Assembly (NCBI GenBank): GCA_018992685.1
Contig: JACVGT010000005.1
Location: 1-42,720 of the forward strand
Direction of reading: 5' to 3'
DNA from: Theionarchaea archaeon
GTDB taxonomy: Archaea; Methanobacteriota_B; Thermococci; Methanofastidiosales; SZ-28-30
Length of the DNA: 42,720 nt
The position numbers and the translations under genes are program-made. The notes beneath the pieces are model-generated. The model saw only the letters and a list, made by a program, of their open reading frames with translations. It was not told where the DNA came from and did no database searches. This document shows positions 1-9,581 of this stretch, in pieces; position 1 is the stretch's first letter; every line of letters starts with the position of its first letter.

Positions 1-177
1 CGTCTTTTGCACAGCCATACACAGATCACGGAATGGTTGTTGGAGTGCAGGTCGGAGGAGACATACAATTCAGTTCAAGGTGGAATCCTTGCAGCCCTGG
101 TGACTGTGTTTCTCGTGGATCACCAAAAGTCCTCAGCTCGAGATAACTTTTTTAATCCATATTCTCACATGAGGTTC

Positions 178-708
178 ATGATTCTATCATTAGAAGGTAG
201 GACTCCTCACATAGATGAAACAGCCTTCATAGCGAAAAATGCAACAGTGGTGGGAGATGTGATCGTTGGAGCTCATTCCAGTATTTGGCCGGGAGCCGTT
301 TTGCGGGGTGATCTCTCTTCCATCACCATTGGAAAATATAGCAGTATACAGGATAACTGCGTTATTCATGTCGAAGGAACATTCGATCCGGAGGATGCTG
401 GAGTTCCAACAGTTATCGGCAACTACTGTACCATAGGACACGGAGCAGTACTCCATGGGTGTCGCATTCAGGATAGAGCTTTGGTGGGCGCCATGGCAGT
501 CATCTTCAATAATGCGACGGTAGGAGAAGGTTCTATCATAGGAATGGGGTCCGTGATTCCTGATGACAAGGAAATTGCAGCCCGAAAGGTCGTCGTGGGA
601 ATTCCTGGCCGGGCGGTACGAGATGTCACAGAGGAAGAATGGAAGAGATCAAAAGCTCATGCGCTCCTGTACGCTGAGCTTGCTGAGAAGTACCAGCGCA
701 TTCTCTGA
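178..708 (+). CDS. gamma-class carbonic anhydrase family protein (left-handed beta-helix, CamH/YrdA-like)
   Basis: Hexapeptide repeats and motifs 'AVLRGD', 'IQDNCVIH', 'IGHGAVLHGC'. Start moved from 7 to ATG 178 (GAGGT SD at 171-175, TTTTTTAA at ~148-155). Confidence 0.9.
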   Translation: MILSLEGRTPHIDETAFIAKNATVVGDVIVGAHSSIWPGAVLRGDLSSITIGKYSSIQDNCVIHVEGTFDPEDAGVPTVIGNYCTIGHGAVLHGCRIQDRALVGAMAVIFNNATVGEGSIIGMGSVIPDDKEIAARKVVVGIPGRAVRDVTEEEWKRSKAHALLYAELAEKYQRIL

Positions 709-1048
709 TACCTCTGTTCCAGTCTGCTGAGCGACCTATCTACAGATGCTGCTGAAGGGAGAAGTCATTTCTTGAACTTCTTCTTTCCTTTATTATTCAG
801 AATGTCCGGAAACGATGGAATCTTGTGAGATTCGTGAAAACGATTATAAACCCTCCAACCTGATCACTTCCCTCGCAGAGAAATAAGAAGTGATCTTCCT
901 ATCATTGCAATATCGGCAAACGGTTTGGCGAGATCCGTCAAAAAAAAGATAGCGGATTTTGATAAGTTGTAGAATTTACGAATGGAGCGAAAGATTTATA
1001 TAGGAGTTCGCACATTTCACAATTATAAGTTCACTTGAGGTGAAACCT

Positions 1049-1777
1049 ATGAAGAGAGCAATCATTTTAGTCATGGTAGGTCTTGCACTGTCGCTGATTC
1101 CAGTCTATGCTGGAGTTCCCATAGTGCAGATACAAGCACCCAGGCAGGTTACCGCAGGAGATGAGATCACACTGAAGATCATGATCACCCACGAAGCAAA
1201 TGACAGTGACCATCACATAAATTATGTGTGGCTTTACCAGAATGACAGGATAGTCAAGGAATGGGTATGGACAGTGAGCGATTTCATCACGGAAGATCAG
1301 TTTACGCTGGAATACACCACTGTCCTGAACGAAGACACAGTATTCATTGCTAAGGCTCATTGTACCCTGCACGGAGACAAGAAGATCACGTTCAAAATTG
1401 AAGCAGCGCCCTACGTCGAGATACCCAAGGCGATCGTTGTGGCTAATGACATCGACTTCAGCAGAGCAAGTTCTCTGGTGGGGTTCCTGGAGGACAACGG
1501 ATTCGAGGTTATCAGGGTCACAGCCTCGAATTTTGAAGAATATAAGTCGGAAGAGCTCATAATTATCCTGGGAGGTGCCGATGCTCTTGACGGAATCGGA
1601 GCGATTGTGAGATCTGTCCTTGACGAGAGAGAACAGGAACTAACACGGCTAGGAATACGTTACTTCACTGAAATTGATGTGTGGGCTCCCAATCAGAGAG
1701 TTTTCATCTTTTCCGGAAGGGACAGAGATGAAACCAGGGAAGCACATACACAGCACAGAGGCAAGATCTTAGAATAA
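1049..1777 (+). CDS. secreted protein: signal peptide + superoxide-reductase/desulfoferrodoxin-like Ig-fold domain + S-layer-like C-terminal domain
   Basis: Hydrophobic N-terminus; 'THE..DHHINYVWL' and 'AHCTLHG' resemble SOR iron-ligand motifs; C-terminal 'IILGG..A..G', 'IFSGRDRDETREA'. SD GAGGTGA 1037-1043 favours ATG 1049. Confidence 0.6.
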   Translation: MKRAIILVMVGLALSLIPVYAGVPIVQIQAPRQVTAGDEITLKIMITHEANDSDHHINYVWLYQNDRIVKEWVWTVSDFITEDQFTLEYTTVLNEDTVFIAKAHCTLHGDKKITFKIEAAPYVEIPKAIVVANDIDFSRASSLVGFLEDNGFEVIRVTASNFEEYKSEELIIILGGADALDGIGAIVRSVLDEREQELTRLGIRYFTEIDVWAPNQRVFIFSGRDRDETREAHTQHRGKILE

Positions 1778-1778
1778 G

Positions 1779-1830
1779 TTTTCATTTTTTTCATTTTTTG
1801 ATATTTCTTTATTCTTCTCGTGTTCTTTTT
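1779..1830 (+). terminator. T-rich archaeal terminator region
   Basis: Several oligo-T runs directly after the stop at 1777. Confidence 0.55.
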
Positions 1831-1976
1831 TGCAGACTGGGGTCAAATAGAAATTCCAGTCAAAGAGTCTCTCAGTTATCAGGTACAGAAGCAGTACCTG
1901 GCACAGGACCCATGCTGGTTGTGATATTCCTAAAATGTGTACAGTACTTCCTTCTATTTAGAACAGCTGTTCAGTT

Positions 1977-2008
1977 GAAACCTTTATATAGAACCTATAT
2001 ATGTAGAC
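1977..2008 (+). promoter_or_regulatory. BRE/TATA promoter plus candidate PadR operator (CTATATATGTAG) of the padR operon
   Basis: GAAACCTTTATATAG at 1977-1991 followed by a near-palindrome at 1995-2006, just before ATG 2018. Confidence 0.6.
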
Positions 2009-2017
2009 TTGATATAT

Positions 2018-2317
2018 ATGTTGTCATTCCACGAGAACCTCATATTGATGATGCTGGCCCCCCGAGAGATGTACGGGTATGAAATAATGAAAAGTCTGGG
2101 GGAACTCACCACAGGCATTTATGAGCCTAAATCAGGTACCTTGTACCCAGCATTGAAACGACTGGAAAAGAAAGGGTTCATCTCCAGTGAAATTAAGGAC
2201 GTAGAAGGCAACAGAATCAAATATTATAGGATCACGGAAAAAGGAAAAGGAAGGCTGGAGCGATTATGGACCATGATTTCCAGGATTGAGGATTTCAGAT
2301 CAAAGATAAAAGTTTAG
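2018..2317 (+). CDS. PadR family transcriptional regulator
   Basis: 'MYGYEIMKSL', 'GTLYPALKRLEKKGFI', 'KYYRITEKG' PadR signature; likely leaderless start at ATG 2018. Confidence 0.92.
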   Translation: MLSFHENLILMMLAPREMYGYEIMKSLGELTTGIYEPKSGTLYPALKRLEKKGFISSEIKDVEGNRIKYYRITEKGKGRLERLWTMISRIEDFRSKIKV

Positions 2318-2325
2318 GTGCTAAC

Positions 2326-3618
2326 ATGAAGAAAGTTTTCGCACTTTGGGTGACCTTCGTCTTTCTGACAAGTTTCGTTTCTGCCGAATCACCCTTCAAG
2401 ATAATAGCCACGGTGCCTCCTTTTGTGAGACCTGGCGATGAGAATGTCACAATCCAAGTAACGGTAACGCTGGAGAGTGGGGAATATGATGATGTCGAGG
2501 TGGAGCTGATTCTGCCCAGATTCTTCTCTGCGTCCAAACAGGGCTCAGATACCTTTCACCTGGGTGATATGAGTACCACTGACATCTTGAAGCCCCCCAT
2601 TGGGGCTTGTGTGTTCCAGGTTGATGTTTCTCCTGATGCAGTGTATGGAGATTATGTCGTCCAAACCTATATCAGGACCAAGAGCGGCTCGTTTCTGGAT
2701 AGTTTCACCATTCATGTGGTGGGACAAACTCTCATTGAAATAACTCAGGTGGTTTCATCTGAGGAACCTGTGGAACCTGGCCACGATTTTCAGATAGACA
2801 TTACTGTGAAGAATGTGGGTTCCAACGCGGTAAAGTGGATAAAGGTCATACTGGTTCCCAATCCGGGAATTCAGGGGGACATGTCCGTTCAATCGGCAAG
2901 TCAGCTCTCTCAGATGACCACGTCACAGGAAACCACGGTGATCATCCCCATTTCTTCTGACCTGGAACGGGTATTCAAGGAGATATTGCCTGGAAGGAGT
3001 GTGACAGCCTCCTATGCTCTCTCGGTGGGAGCTGATGCAGAATCCAGAAATTATGCTATGACAGTCTCTCTGGTCTATCAGGATGAGACAGGGATGGTAA
3101 GTACAGAGACTCGCACCATTGGCATAAAAATCCAGGGAAAACCCCGCCTGGAACTCCAGGGAATCGAGGTGGATCCCCCAGTCCCGTACCAGGGAGAAGA
3201 AGCTGTCATTTCAATTACTCTGGAAAACAATGGGACTGGAGATGCCAGATCGGTCAGAGTTGACCTCAACTCCGTGCTCGGAAAATATACCAGCTTCATT
3301 GGCACGATGAAGAGGAATGAGAATAATGCCGCCGTCTTCAAGATATTGATTCCAGAGGACCAGGAGAAATTCCCTGAAAACATCATGAACAATCTACTGA
3401 ACAGAACCCAGACACATACCTACGATCTAACCATACAGGTGTACTACGAAGACGCAGACGGGAATCCAAAGGGATTTGCTGAAGGCTGGGACTTGATGAC
3501 ACGAGCAAAATACGAGAAGACCATTTTCTATGTCCTGGGAGGAGCAGTGCTTCTACTCATTATCGCGGTGTGGAGATTGCAGAGCAGACGGCAGCTGAAA
3601 GCGCTTGAAGAGGAGTAG
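2326..3618 (+). CDS. COG1361-type S-layer-associated/CARDB-domain membrane-anchored protein
   Basis: Signal peptide, repeated 'V.PG..F.I.ITVKNVG' / 'ITLENNGTGDARSV' Ig-like modules, C-terminal TM helix; co-transcribed with an ABC exporter. Confidence 0.75.
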   Translation: MKKVFALWVTFVFLTSFVSAESPFKIIATVPPFVRPGDENVTIQVTVTLESGEYDDVEVELILPRFFSASKQGSDTFHLGDMSTTDILKPPIGACVFQVDVSPDAVYGDYVVQTYIRTKSGSFLDSFTIHVVGQTLIEITQVVSSEEPVEPGHDFQIDITVKNVGSNAVKWIKVILVPNPGIQGDMSVQSASQLSQMTTSQETTVIIPISSDLERVFKEILPGRSVTASYALSVGADAESRNYAMTVSLVYQDETGMVSTETRTIGIKIQGKPRLELQGIEVDPPVPYQGEEAVISITLENNGTGDARSVRVDLNSVLGKYTSFIGTMKRNENNAAVFKILIPEDQEKFPENIMNNLLNRTQTHTYDLTIQVYYEDADGNPKGFAEGWDLMTRAKYEKTIFYVLGGAVLLLIIAVWRLQSRRQLKALEEE

Positions 3619-3647
3619 ACCAGCAACAAAATCAAGAAAGGGATACT

Positions 3648-4769
3648 ATGGATATGCTGGAGATTGTGGTTAATAATGTCATGAGACGGAAAGCGCGAAC
3701 CATCTTGACACTGTTGGGGATTTCCCTCGGGGTGGCTGCAATTGTCACCCTGGTTTCACTGTCTGTGGGACTCAAATCCAACGCGATGGACATTATGGGA
3801 AAGGTGGCAGGAGACATTACTGTCATGGAAGAAGGTCAGATGTTCACCATGAGCAACCTTACTGAAGATGTTATGGGTCAGATTCAAAATATCAGCGGGG
3901 TTCAGATGGTGGCTCCCACTGTGATGCTTATGGACATGAGCAGAGGGTTCAATACTGTAGGAACAGATGCCAGGGGTGTGGACCCGGGCCTTGAAGAACG
4001 CTTTTCCTCCAGTTCCTGGGATATCATAGAGGGTCGTCCAATACGGAGTTCTGACTCATCCAATACCATGGCAGGCGTCGTTCTGGCAGATCAGCTTGAT
4101 CTCAGAGTGGGTGAGACGATAGAATACATGGGGGAGGAATTCAGAGTTGTGGGCATTATCTCCTTTGGGAATACCCTCCTGGATCAGGCGTATTACATCA
4201 ATATTGACACTGCACGGAGAATTGCGAACAGGCCTTCAGACTACATCAACATGATAAGAGTCAAAGTGTCAACCCCAGGAACAGAAGAAGAGGTTGCCAA
4301 GAGAATTAATTTGACTGTTCCGGGTGTGGAAGCCCGATCGTCAGAAGTAATGTCTGAACAGGTTGGGGATTTCTTGGATATTATTGGAAAAGTCACCTGG
4401 GCCATTTCTGCTCTGGCTGCCATTGTGGGCGGGGTGGGGATTGCCAACACAATGTTGATGTCTGTTATCGAGAGAACCAAAGAGATCGGACTGTTGAAAG
4501 CAGTGGGCTGGTCCAATGCCGATGTTATGAAAACGGTCCTTTTAGAAGGACTGATTCTTGGGTTCCTTGGCGGAATTATTGGAGTGGGGCTGGGATATGG
4601 GGCCCTAGTGGTGGTGAGGAATGAGGTTCCTGGATTTGCAGGTGAGATTACTGTCCTCCTGATTGCTGAAGCTATGATTTTTGCCATATCTCTGGGTGTC
4701 GTTGGCGGTCTCTACCCCGCTTACAGAGCAGCGAATCTGAATCCAGTGGTTGCACTCAAGACGGAGTGA
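3648..4769 (+). CDS. ABC transporter permease, MacB/FtsX family
   Basis: 'RTILTLLGISLGVA', 'NTMLMSVIERTKEIGLLKAVGW', 'GLYPAYRAANLNPVVAL'. Confidence 0.93.
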   Translation: MDMLEIVVNNVMRRKARTILTLLGISLGVAAIVTLVSLSVGLKSNAMDIMGKVAGDITVMEEGQMFTMSNLTEDVMGQIQNISGVQMVAPTVMLMDMSRGFNTVGTDARGVDPGLEERFSSSSWDIIEGRPIRSSDSSNTMAGVVLADQLDLRVGETIEYMGEEFRVVGIISFGNTLLDQAYYINIDTARRIANRPSDYINMIRVKVSTPGTEEEVAKRINLTVPGVEARSSEVMSEQVGDFLDIIGKVTWAISALAAIVGGVGIANTMLMSVIERTKEIGLLKAVGWSNADVMKTVLLEGLILGFLGGIIGVGLGYGALVVVRNEVPGFAGEITVLLIAEAMIFAISLGVVGGLYPAYRAANLNPVVALKTE

Positions 4770-4773
4770 TTCC

Positions 4774-5439
4774 ATGATCGAGGCAATTAACCTGAAGAAA
4801 TACTATAAGATGGGGCCCGTTGTGGTGAAAGCCCTCAATGGGGTCAACATGAGAGTGGAGAATGGCGAATTCGTATCTATCATGGGGCCATCAGGGTCTG
4901 GGAAATCAACATTATTGAATTTGCTGGGAGCTCTGGATAAGCCTTCTTCAGGCACGGTCTTCTTTGATGGGATTGACCTATCACGTGTGGATGAAGCAGT
5001 ACTGTACAGGTTGAGGAGGAAGAAGGTCGGGTTTGTGTTTCAGTCCTTCAATTTGATCCCTACCCTGAGTGCGATTGAGAATGTTCTGATTCCATTAGTT
5101 CCCACAGGCACTCCAAAGATGAGGGGATACAGAAAAGCCAAGGAACTGCTTGAGACTGTGGGGCTGGAAAAGAGAATGCTGCACAAACCTTCAGAGATGT
5201 CAGGAGGAGAGCAACAACGGGTTGCTATGGCCAGAGCACTGGTTAATGATCCGTCCATAATTCTGGCTGATGAACCCACAGGGAATGTCGATTCGCGGAC
5301 GGGCAAAGAGATCATGAGCCTGCTCAGTGATTTGAACCAGCGTATGGGGACAACCTTGATTGTGGTGACACATGATCCTGAAATTGGGAAGGCAACTCAG
5401 AGGACCATCCAGTTGAAAGATGGGAAGATCGTGGATTGA
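4774..5439 (+). CDS. ABC transporter ATP-binding protein (LolD/MacB-like)
   Basis: Walker A GPSGSGKST, signature MSGGEQQRV, Walker B IILADEPTGN; start refined to ATG 4774. Confidence 0.95.
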   Translation: MIEAINLKKYYKMGPVVVKALNGVNMRVENGEFVSIMGPSGSGKSTLLNLLGALDKPSSGTVFFDGIDLSRVDEAVLYRLRRKKVGFVFQSFNLIPTLSAIENVLIPLVPTGTPKMRGYRKAKELLETVGLEKRMLHKPSEMSGGEQQRVAMARALVNDPSIILADEPTGNVDSRTGKEIMSLLSDLNQRMGTTLIVVTHDPEIGKATQRTIQLKDGKIVD

Positions 5440-6390
5440 CTAGGCTGTGGACAGATCAATTCGGTACATGTCCATATCTGGAGCATATGACTTTACTGTC
5501 GTCAGATTCATGATGTGTACATTCTGTCCTAAATTCTGGCTGAGCGAATGTATTCTCTGACATTCTTTTTCAATATCTGATGTAATACAGTAGTAATGGA
5601 TGATTCTTCCGTGAGAGAGGGCTTTTGGCAGGAATTCAAAAGCATTTTGGGGCAGATTCATGATGACTCGATCTGCACATTCAAGGTGGGTTATCTCTTC
5701 TCCAGCATCACCCAGAATAGGGATTATTCTGTTTGCCTTGTTTAAGACAATATTGTCTTTTAGAAGCTCGATGGCCCTGGCATTGATGTCAATTGCATAT
5801 ATTATTTTGGGTTGCGAATGCTTGGCAATCATGATAGAAAAAGGACCAACTCCGCAGAACATGTCAATGACCACCTCTCCTGGGCTGACCTTCTGGGCAA
5901 TTCTCCGCCTTTCTGTGGACAAGCGTGGATTGAAGTAGACGTGTTCAATATCCACCTTGAATAGAATTCCGTATTCCTTGTGGATTGTCACGGTTTTTTC
6001 TTCCCCCAGAAGATGTTCAAAGGTCCGCGTACGCAGAGGCCCTGAGATTCTGGAGGTCTTTCCCACAACGGTGTGAACTGAGCTGCGGCTCAACAAGATT
6101 GAAGCAATCTCCATCTTTTTGTCTTCCAGCTCTTCTGGTATGTCTACGACAGCAATGTCCCCGATAATGTCAAAGCTCTTCAACCCAAATCGACCGAGGG
6201 ATTCAGGAGCGGATGGACTCTCTTGAAAATCCATCTCCACCATGTCGTATCCAGGAACTTCTCTTTTCACTGGAAAGTATAAGAATCCCTCATCTCTCTC
6301 AATCTTGTAGCCTTTTACAAGGATGTTTTCTTCCACGAGGGACTTTCGAATTGATTCACCTTCACGCTTGGGCACTTTAAGTCCTCTCAT
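5440..6390 (-). CDS. trm5: tRNA (guanine37-N1)-methyltransferase, Trm5/Met-10+ family
   Basis: 'FDIIGDIAVV', 'HKEYG', 'VYFNPRLSTER', SAM motif 'DMFCGVGPF', 'VIMNLP'. Start likely ATG 6390 or 6396. Confidence 0.8.
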   Translation of the reverse strand: MRGLKVPKREGESIRKSLVEENILVKGYKIERDEGFLYFPVKREVPGYDMVEMDFQESPSAPESLGRFGLKSFDIIGDIAVVDIPEELEDKKMEIASILLSRSSVHTVVGKTSRISGPLRTRTFEHLLGEEKTVTIHKEYGILFKVDIEHVYFNPRLSTERRRIAQKVSPGEVVIDMFCGVGPFSIMIAKHSQPKIIYAIDINARAIELLKDNIVLNKANRIIPILGDAGEEITHLECADRVIMNLPQNAFEFLPKALSHGRIIHYYCITSDIEKECQRIHSLSQNLGQNVHIMNLTTVKSYAPDMDMYRIDLSTA

Positions 6391-6729
6391 TGGCATGCTG
6401 TAGCATCCGGGCTTTAATAAGGTTCCTCTCCTCGCCAAGTTCAAAGCCCCTTTTCTCAGGCTCTCCTTTCAGGCAAGAATCAGGCTCCCTTTTGATCACC
6501 TGCATCCCTTTGGAGAACAATCCACAGAGTGAGGGAGACCACGTCGCCGATGCCAACCTTCTCAGGGACTTCTTCTATTTGAGGGAAATGCGTCAACAAG
6601 AACTCAACGAATGGTGCTAGCTGTGTTGTTCCAAATAGTGTTGGCAGCTCATACCCACCTAACAAGACAGATCAGTGATTCTTTTTGCGTCATCATTAGA
6701 TTCTTATTTGGTGCTTTCCTCATGAGCTC

Positions 6730-7695
6730 ATGAAAGCCATACTCGTTCTTCTTGAAGGCACCATATGTGACACACGTCCCAGGCATCATCTTGGCATTGG
6801 AACACCTGAGTTCTACCAGCGTGAGGAGATGCTGAAAGATCCTGCAGTGCCTGGAAGTGTTCAGTGTTTACAGGAGCTCTCGCAGTCCTATGCCATGGTC
6901 TATTTAGGAGCAAGGCCGGCGTCCACCCTTCAGTATACCGAAGAATGGTTGAAGAACATGGGATTCCCGGAAGGACCTGTCTATCTAGGTGAAACTCATG
7001 AAGAAAGACGAATTCTGGTACGAGATTTGAAAGAGAAGTTCACGTTCATTGCTGGCATTGGTGATCGATGGGACGATAACGAGTACCACACAGAGATTGG
7101 ATGCCTGAGTATTATCCTGGAAGAATTTAGGGGAAACTGGGCAGCAGTTCCAGAACGCATTACCACCTATGAACGTAATGAGAGGATCAAGAACAATGAG
7201 ATTCACCTCAAGGGAAAAGTTGAAGGCCTTTCCAGGACACTTCCTCTTCTTCACTCCAAGTATGGGGATGAGATGTGGGAGACGTACTTTGACGGGATTT
7301 TTGAGATGTTTGAGAATTCTCGAGAAACACGAAGGAAAGAAGATCTGGAATCTCTGGCAGAAAACGGATTCAATCCCGCTGATTTAAGAGACGTTGCCAA
7401 ATGGTATGACAAGCTCAACAAAGACTGGAGAAGTAATCCCATTTATGGTCTGCAGGAACCAGAAATAGAAGCTACCGAGTCCCGCTGCACAATAAGAGTG
7501 AGCCGTTGCAGGCATGCTGAACTCTGGAAAGAGTGTGGGCACCCTGAGATTGGGTACCAGATCCACTGTCGTCCTGACAGGACATGGTTGGACCGCCCTG
7601 CATGGAATCCAAAGGTACGGTTTGAACAGCCAAAGACCTTGATGCAGGGTGATGATTCCTGTTTGTTCATTCTATATCTCCCAGAGGAGGAATAG
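6730..7695 (+). CDS. fusion of a degenerate HAD-like domain and an ATC-hydrolase/V4R-like Cys-containing domain
   Basis: N-terminal 'LVLLEGTICDT', 'YLGARP', 'GIGDRWDD' follow HAD motif spacing; C-terminal 'RCRHAELWK..GHPEIG..IHC.PD', 'KTLMQGDDSC.F'. Confidence 0.65.
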   Translation: MKAILVLLEGTICDTRPRHHLGIGTPEFYQREEMLKDPAVPGSVQCLQELSQSYAMVYLGARPASTLQYTEEWLKNMGFPEGPVYLGETHEERRILVRDLKEKFTFIAGIGDRWDDNEYHTEIGCLSIILEEFRGNWAAVPERITTYERNERIKNNEIHLKGKVEGLSRTLPLLHSKYGDEMWETYFDGIFEMFENSRETRRKEDLESLAENGFNPADLRDVAKWYDKLNKDWRSNPIYGLQEPEIEATESRCTIRVSRCRHAELWKECGHPEIGYQIHCRPDRTWLDRPAWNPKVRFEQPKTLMQGDDSCLFILYLPEEE

Positions 7696-7841
7696 GATAT
7701 CCTCGATGGAATTTCCAGGATTCTACCTGTACGGGAGTCACGCACTTGATACAGCTCTGAACGTGATCTGAAAGGGTTCTCTTACTTCCAGATGAGAATT
7801 CTATCTGAATACAGTCTGTGGTCTCGTGATGTGAGGTGTGT

Positions 7842-9395
7842 TCACTTTACGAATCGTCGTAGCACGTTCTTGAATAACTTCAGATTCACGCCGGACTTCC
7901 TCTCTATAGCCAGCAACACCTCTATATCCTCTCTGTCAAAACTTCGAGTCAGCAGCAACAGCCCAAGAAACCCTCCGAGGAACCCAATCCCAAATAGCAG
8001 CAGCAGACCAAAACTCATCTCCATCTGAGAACCGATGCCATACAAAACCACAAGCAGCAACCCACTAATCCCTAGAGGCTTCGCATATGACAGCGTGAAA
8101 GGGTGTATCCCGGACATCCTGTACAACTTTATAGAACCCATCACATTTGCCAAAATAACAGAACACAAGAATGCAAGAGCAGCACCTGCAGTCCCGAAGG
8201 GAGGAATCAGCACATAGTTCAGAATCACATTGGACCCAGCACCCATCAAACTCATCACCATCACAAATCTCGTATTCCCCATGACTGTTAGCGTCAGCCC
8301 ATTTAGTCCCGTTATCGTATGTGCCATGAAAGCACATGACAGGATCTGAAGTGGGAGAGCTGCCTCACCGTACGATACTCCAAAAAAGAACTGGAGTACA
8401 GTCACTGGAAACACAAAAAATATGGAAAACAGAGGAACAGCCAGTGAAAATCCCCATCTCGTCACGATCTGATACGTTCTTTTCATTTCCTTTGTTAGTC
8501 CCATCGAGAACAACTCAGACATAATAGGGACAAAAATCAACGTAGAAGAACTGAGAGCAAGAGGAATCAGCCTGGCCAGCGGCAATGCCGCATTGTACAC
8601 AGCAACTACATCAGATGTCTTAAAGGAGCCTAGCATGATGGTATCAGTCCACTGCATGACCATGTTCAGGACAGTAACAGAGAGTAAGGGGAGCGAGAAC
8701 CCCAGTAATTCCCTCTTGAATCCAGGAGGGCGTTCTCCAAGATCTTCGAAAAGAGAAGATCTCGCAAGATAGAGGACAATACCCAAACATGCCAGGACAG
8801 CTGCTGCCACATACGCATAGACAATGCCGAGGAGTCCTCCTTCCAGGACAACACTGACTGTCAGGAACAGAATGAACAGCCCCTGCCTGACACCTACTTC
8901 AAAGTAGATGTTCGGTTCTACTCGTCCGAATCCTCTGAATACTGCAGCCACCATTGTTATTATCACCATGAAAGGGAGGGAAACTGAGAACCATCTCAAG
9001 ACTGCAGAGAATTCAGGCATGTGAAACAGGTGAGAAGCGATACTATTTGAGAGAAAGAATACTACAATGAACCATACGACACTGGAGAGTATGACCATTT
9101 GAAAAGCAGAGCACATGATGCCTTTGATTTTCCTGTCTGTCTCACTGGTTGATTTGCCCCTGTAGTATGCAATAAACCGGGTAGATCCTTCCTGCAACCC
9201 CATCAGAGAAACGGTAATGAGAATGATCAAGAGGACCAGCCCAAGAGAGTACATCCCATACTCAGATTGAGTCGTATTCCTGATAACGACCAGTTTGGCA
9301 ACAAACCCCAAAGGCATACTGATTAGAGTACCAACGAGAACAATACTGCTGCCCTTCACGATTCTCTTGAGGGTTTGGTCCACTATTTCAGACAT
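7842..9395 (-). CDS. flippase (Wzx/MOP-type oligosaccharide flippase)
   Basis: Many TM segments, 'EYGMYSL', 'WTDTIMLG', 'VAVYNAALP', 'LIPPFGTAGAALA'. Start refined to ATG 9395. Confidence 0.88.
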   Translation of the reverse strand: MSEIVDQTLKRIVKGSSIVLVGTLISMPLGFVAKLVVIRNTTQSEYGMYSLGLVLLIILITVSLMGLQEGSTRFIAYYRGKSTSETDRKIKGIMCSAFQMVILSSVVWFIVVFFLSNSIASHLFHMPEFSAVLRWFSVSLPFMVIITMVAAVFRGFGRVEPNIYFEVGVRQGLFILFLTVSVVLEGGLLGIVYAYVAAAVLACLGIVLYLARSSLFEDLGERPPGFKRELLGFSLPLLSVTVLNMVMQWTDTIMLGSFKTSDVVAVYNAALPLARLIPLALSSSTLIFVPIMSELFSMGLTKEMKRTYQIVTRWGFSLAVPLFSIFFVFPVTVLQFFFGVSYGEAALPLQILSCAFMAHTITGLNGLTLTVMGNTRFVMVMSLMGAGSNVILNYVLIPPFGTAGAALAFLCSVILANVMGSIKLYRMSGIHPFTLSYAKPLGISGLLLVVLYGIGSQMEMSFGLLLLFGIGFLGGFLGLLLLTRSFDREDIEVLLAIERKSGVNLKLFKNVLRRFVK

Positions 9396-9581
9396 GATGG
9401 TATCACGAACCTGAAAGGACTTAAATGGTTTGTTGTACAGCACATTCAGGATACAGGATGTTGTAGGAAATGCCACCCTTCACGTCAGAACCGATTCTCC
9501 CATCTCACAATTCACAGAACTATCCTTCTTCCTTCTCTCCCCGCATGGGTTCTCATTGTGGTATCTTGTGCTCTGACTGAG

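Noticed and set aside
914-950. GGCAAAC followed by a stem, reminiscent of a c-di-GMP-I riboswitch
   Set aside because: The second conserved hairpin (GACGCAAAGC-type) is missing; the match is too short.
5437-5442. Convergent genes with abutting stop codons (also 14617/14619)
   Set aside because: Common in compact archaeal genomes; no additional structure seen.
6480-6665. 61-aa minus-strand ORF between trm5 and the HAD fusion
   Set aside because: No recognisable motif or convincing start signals.
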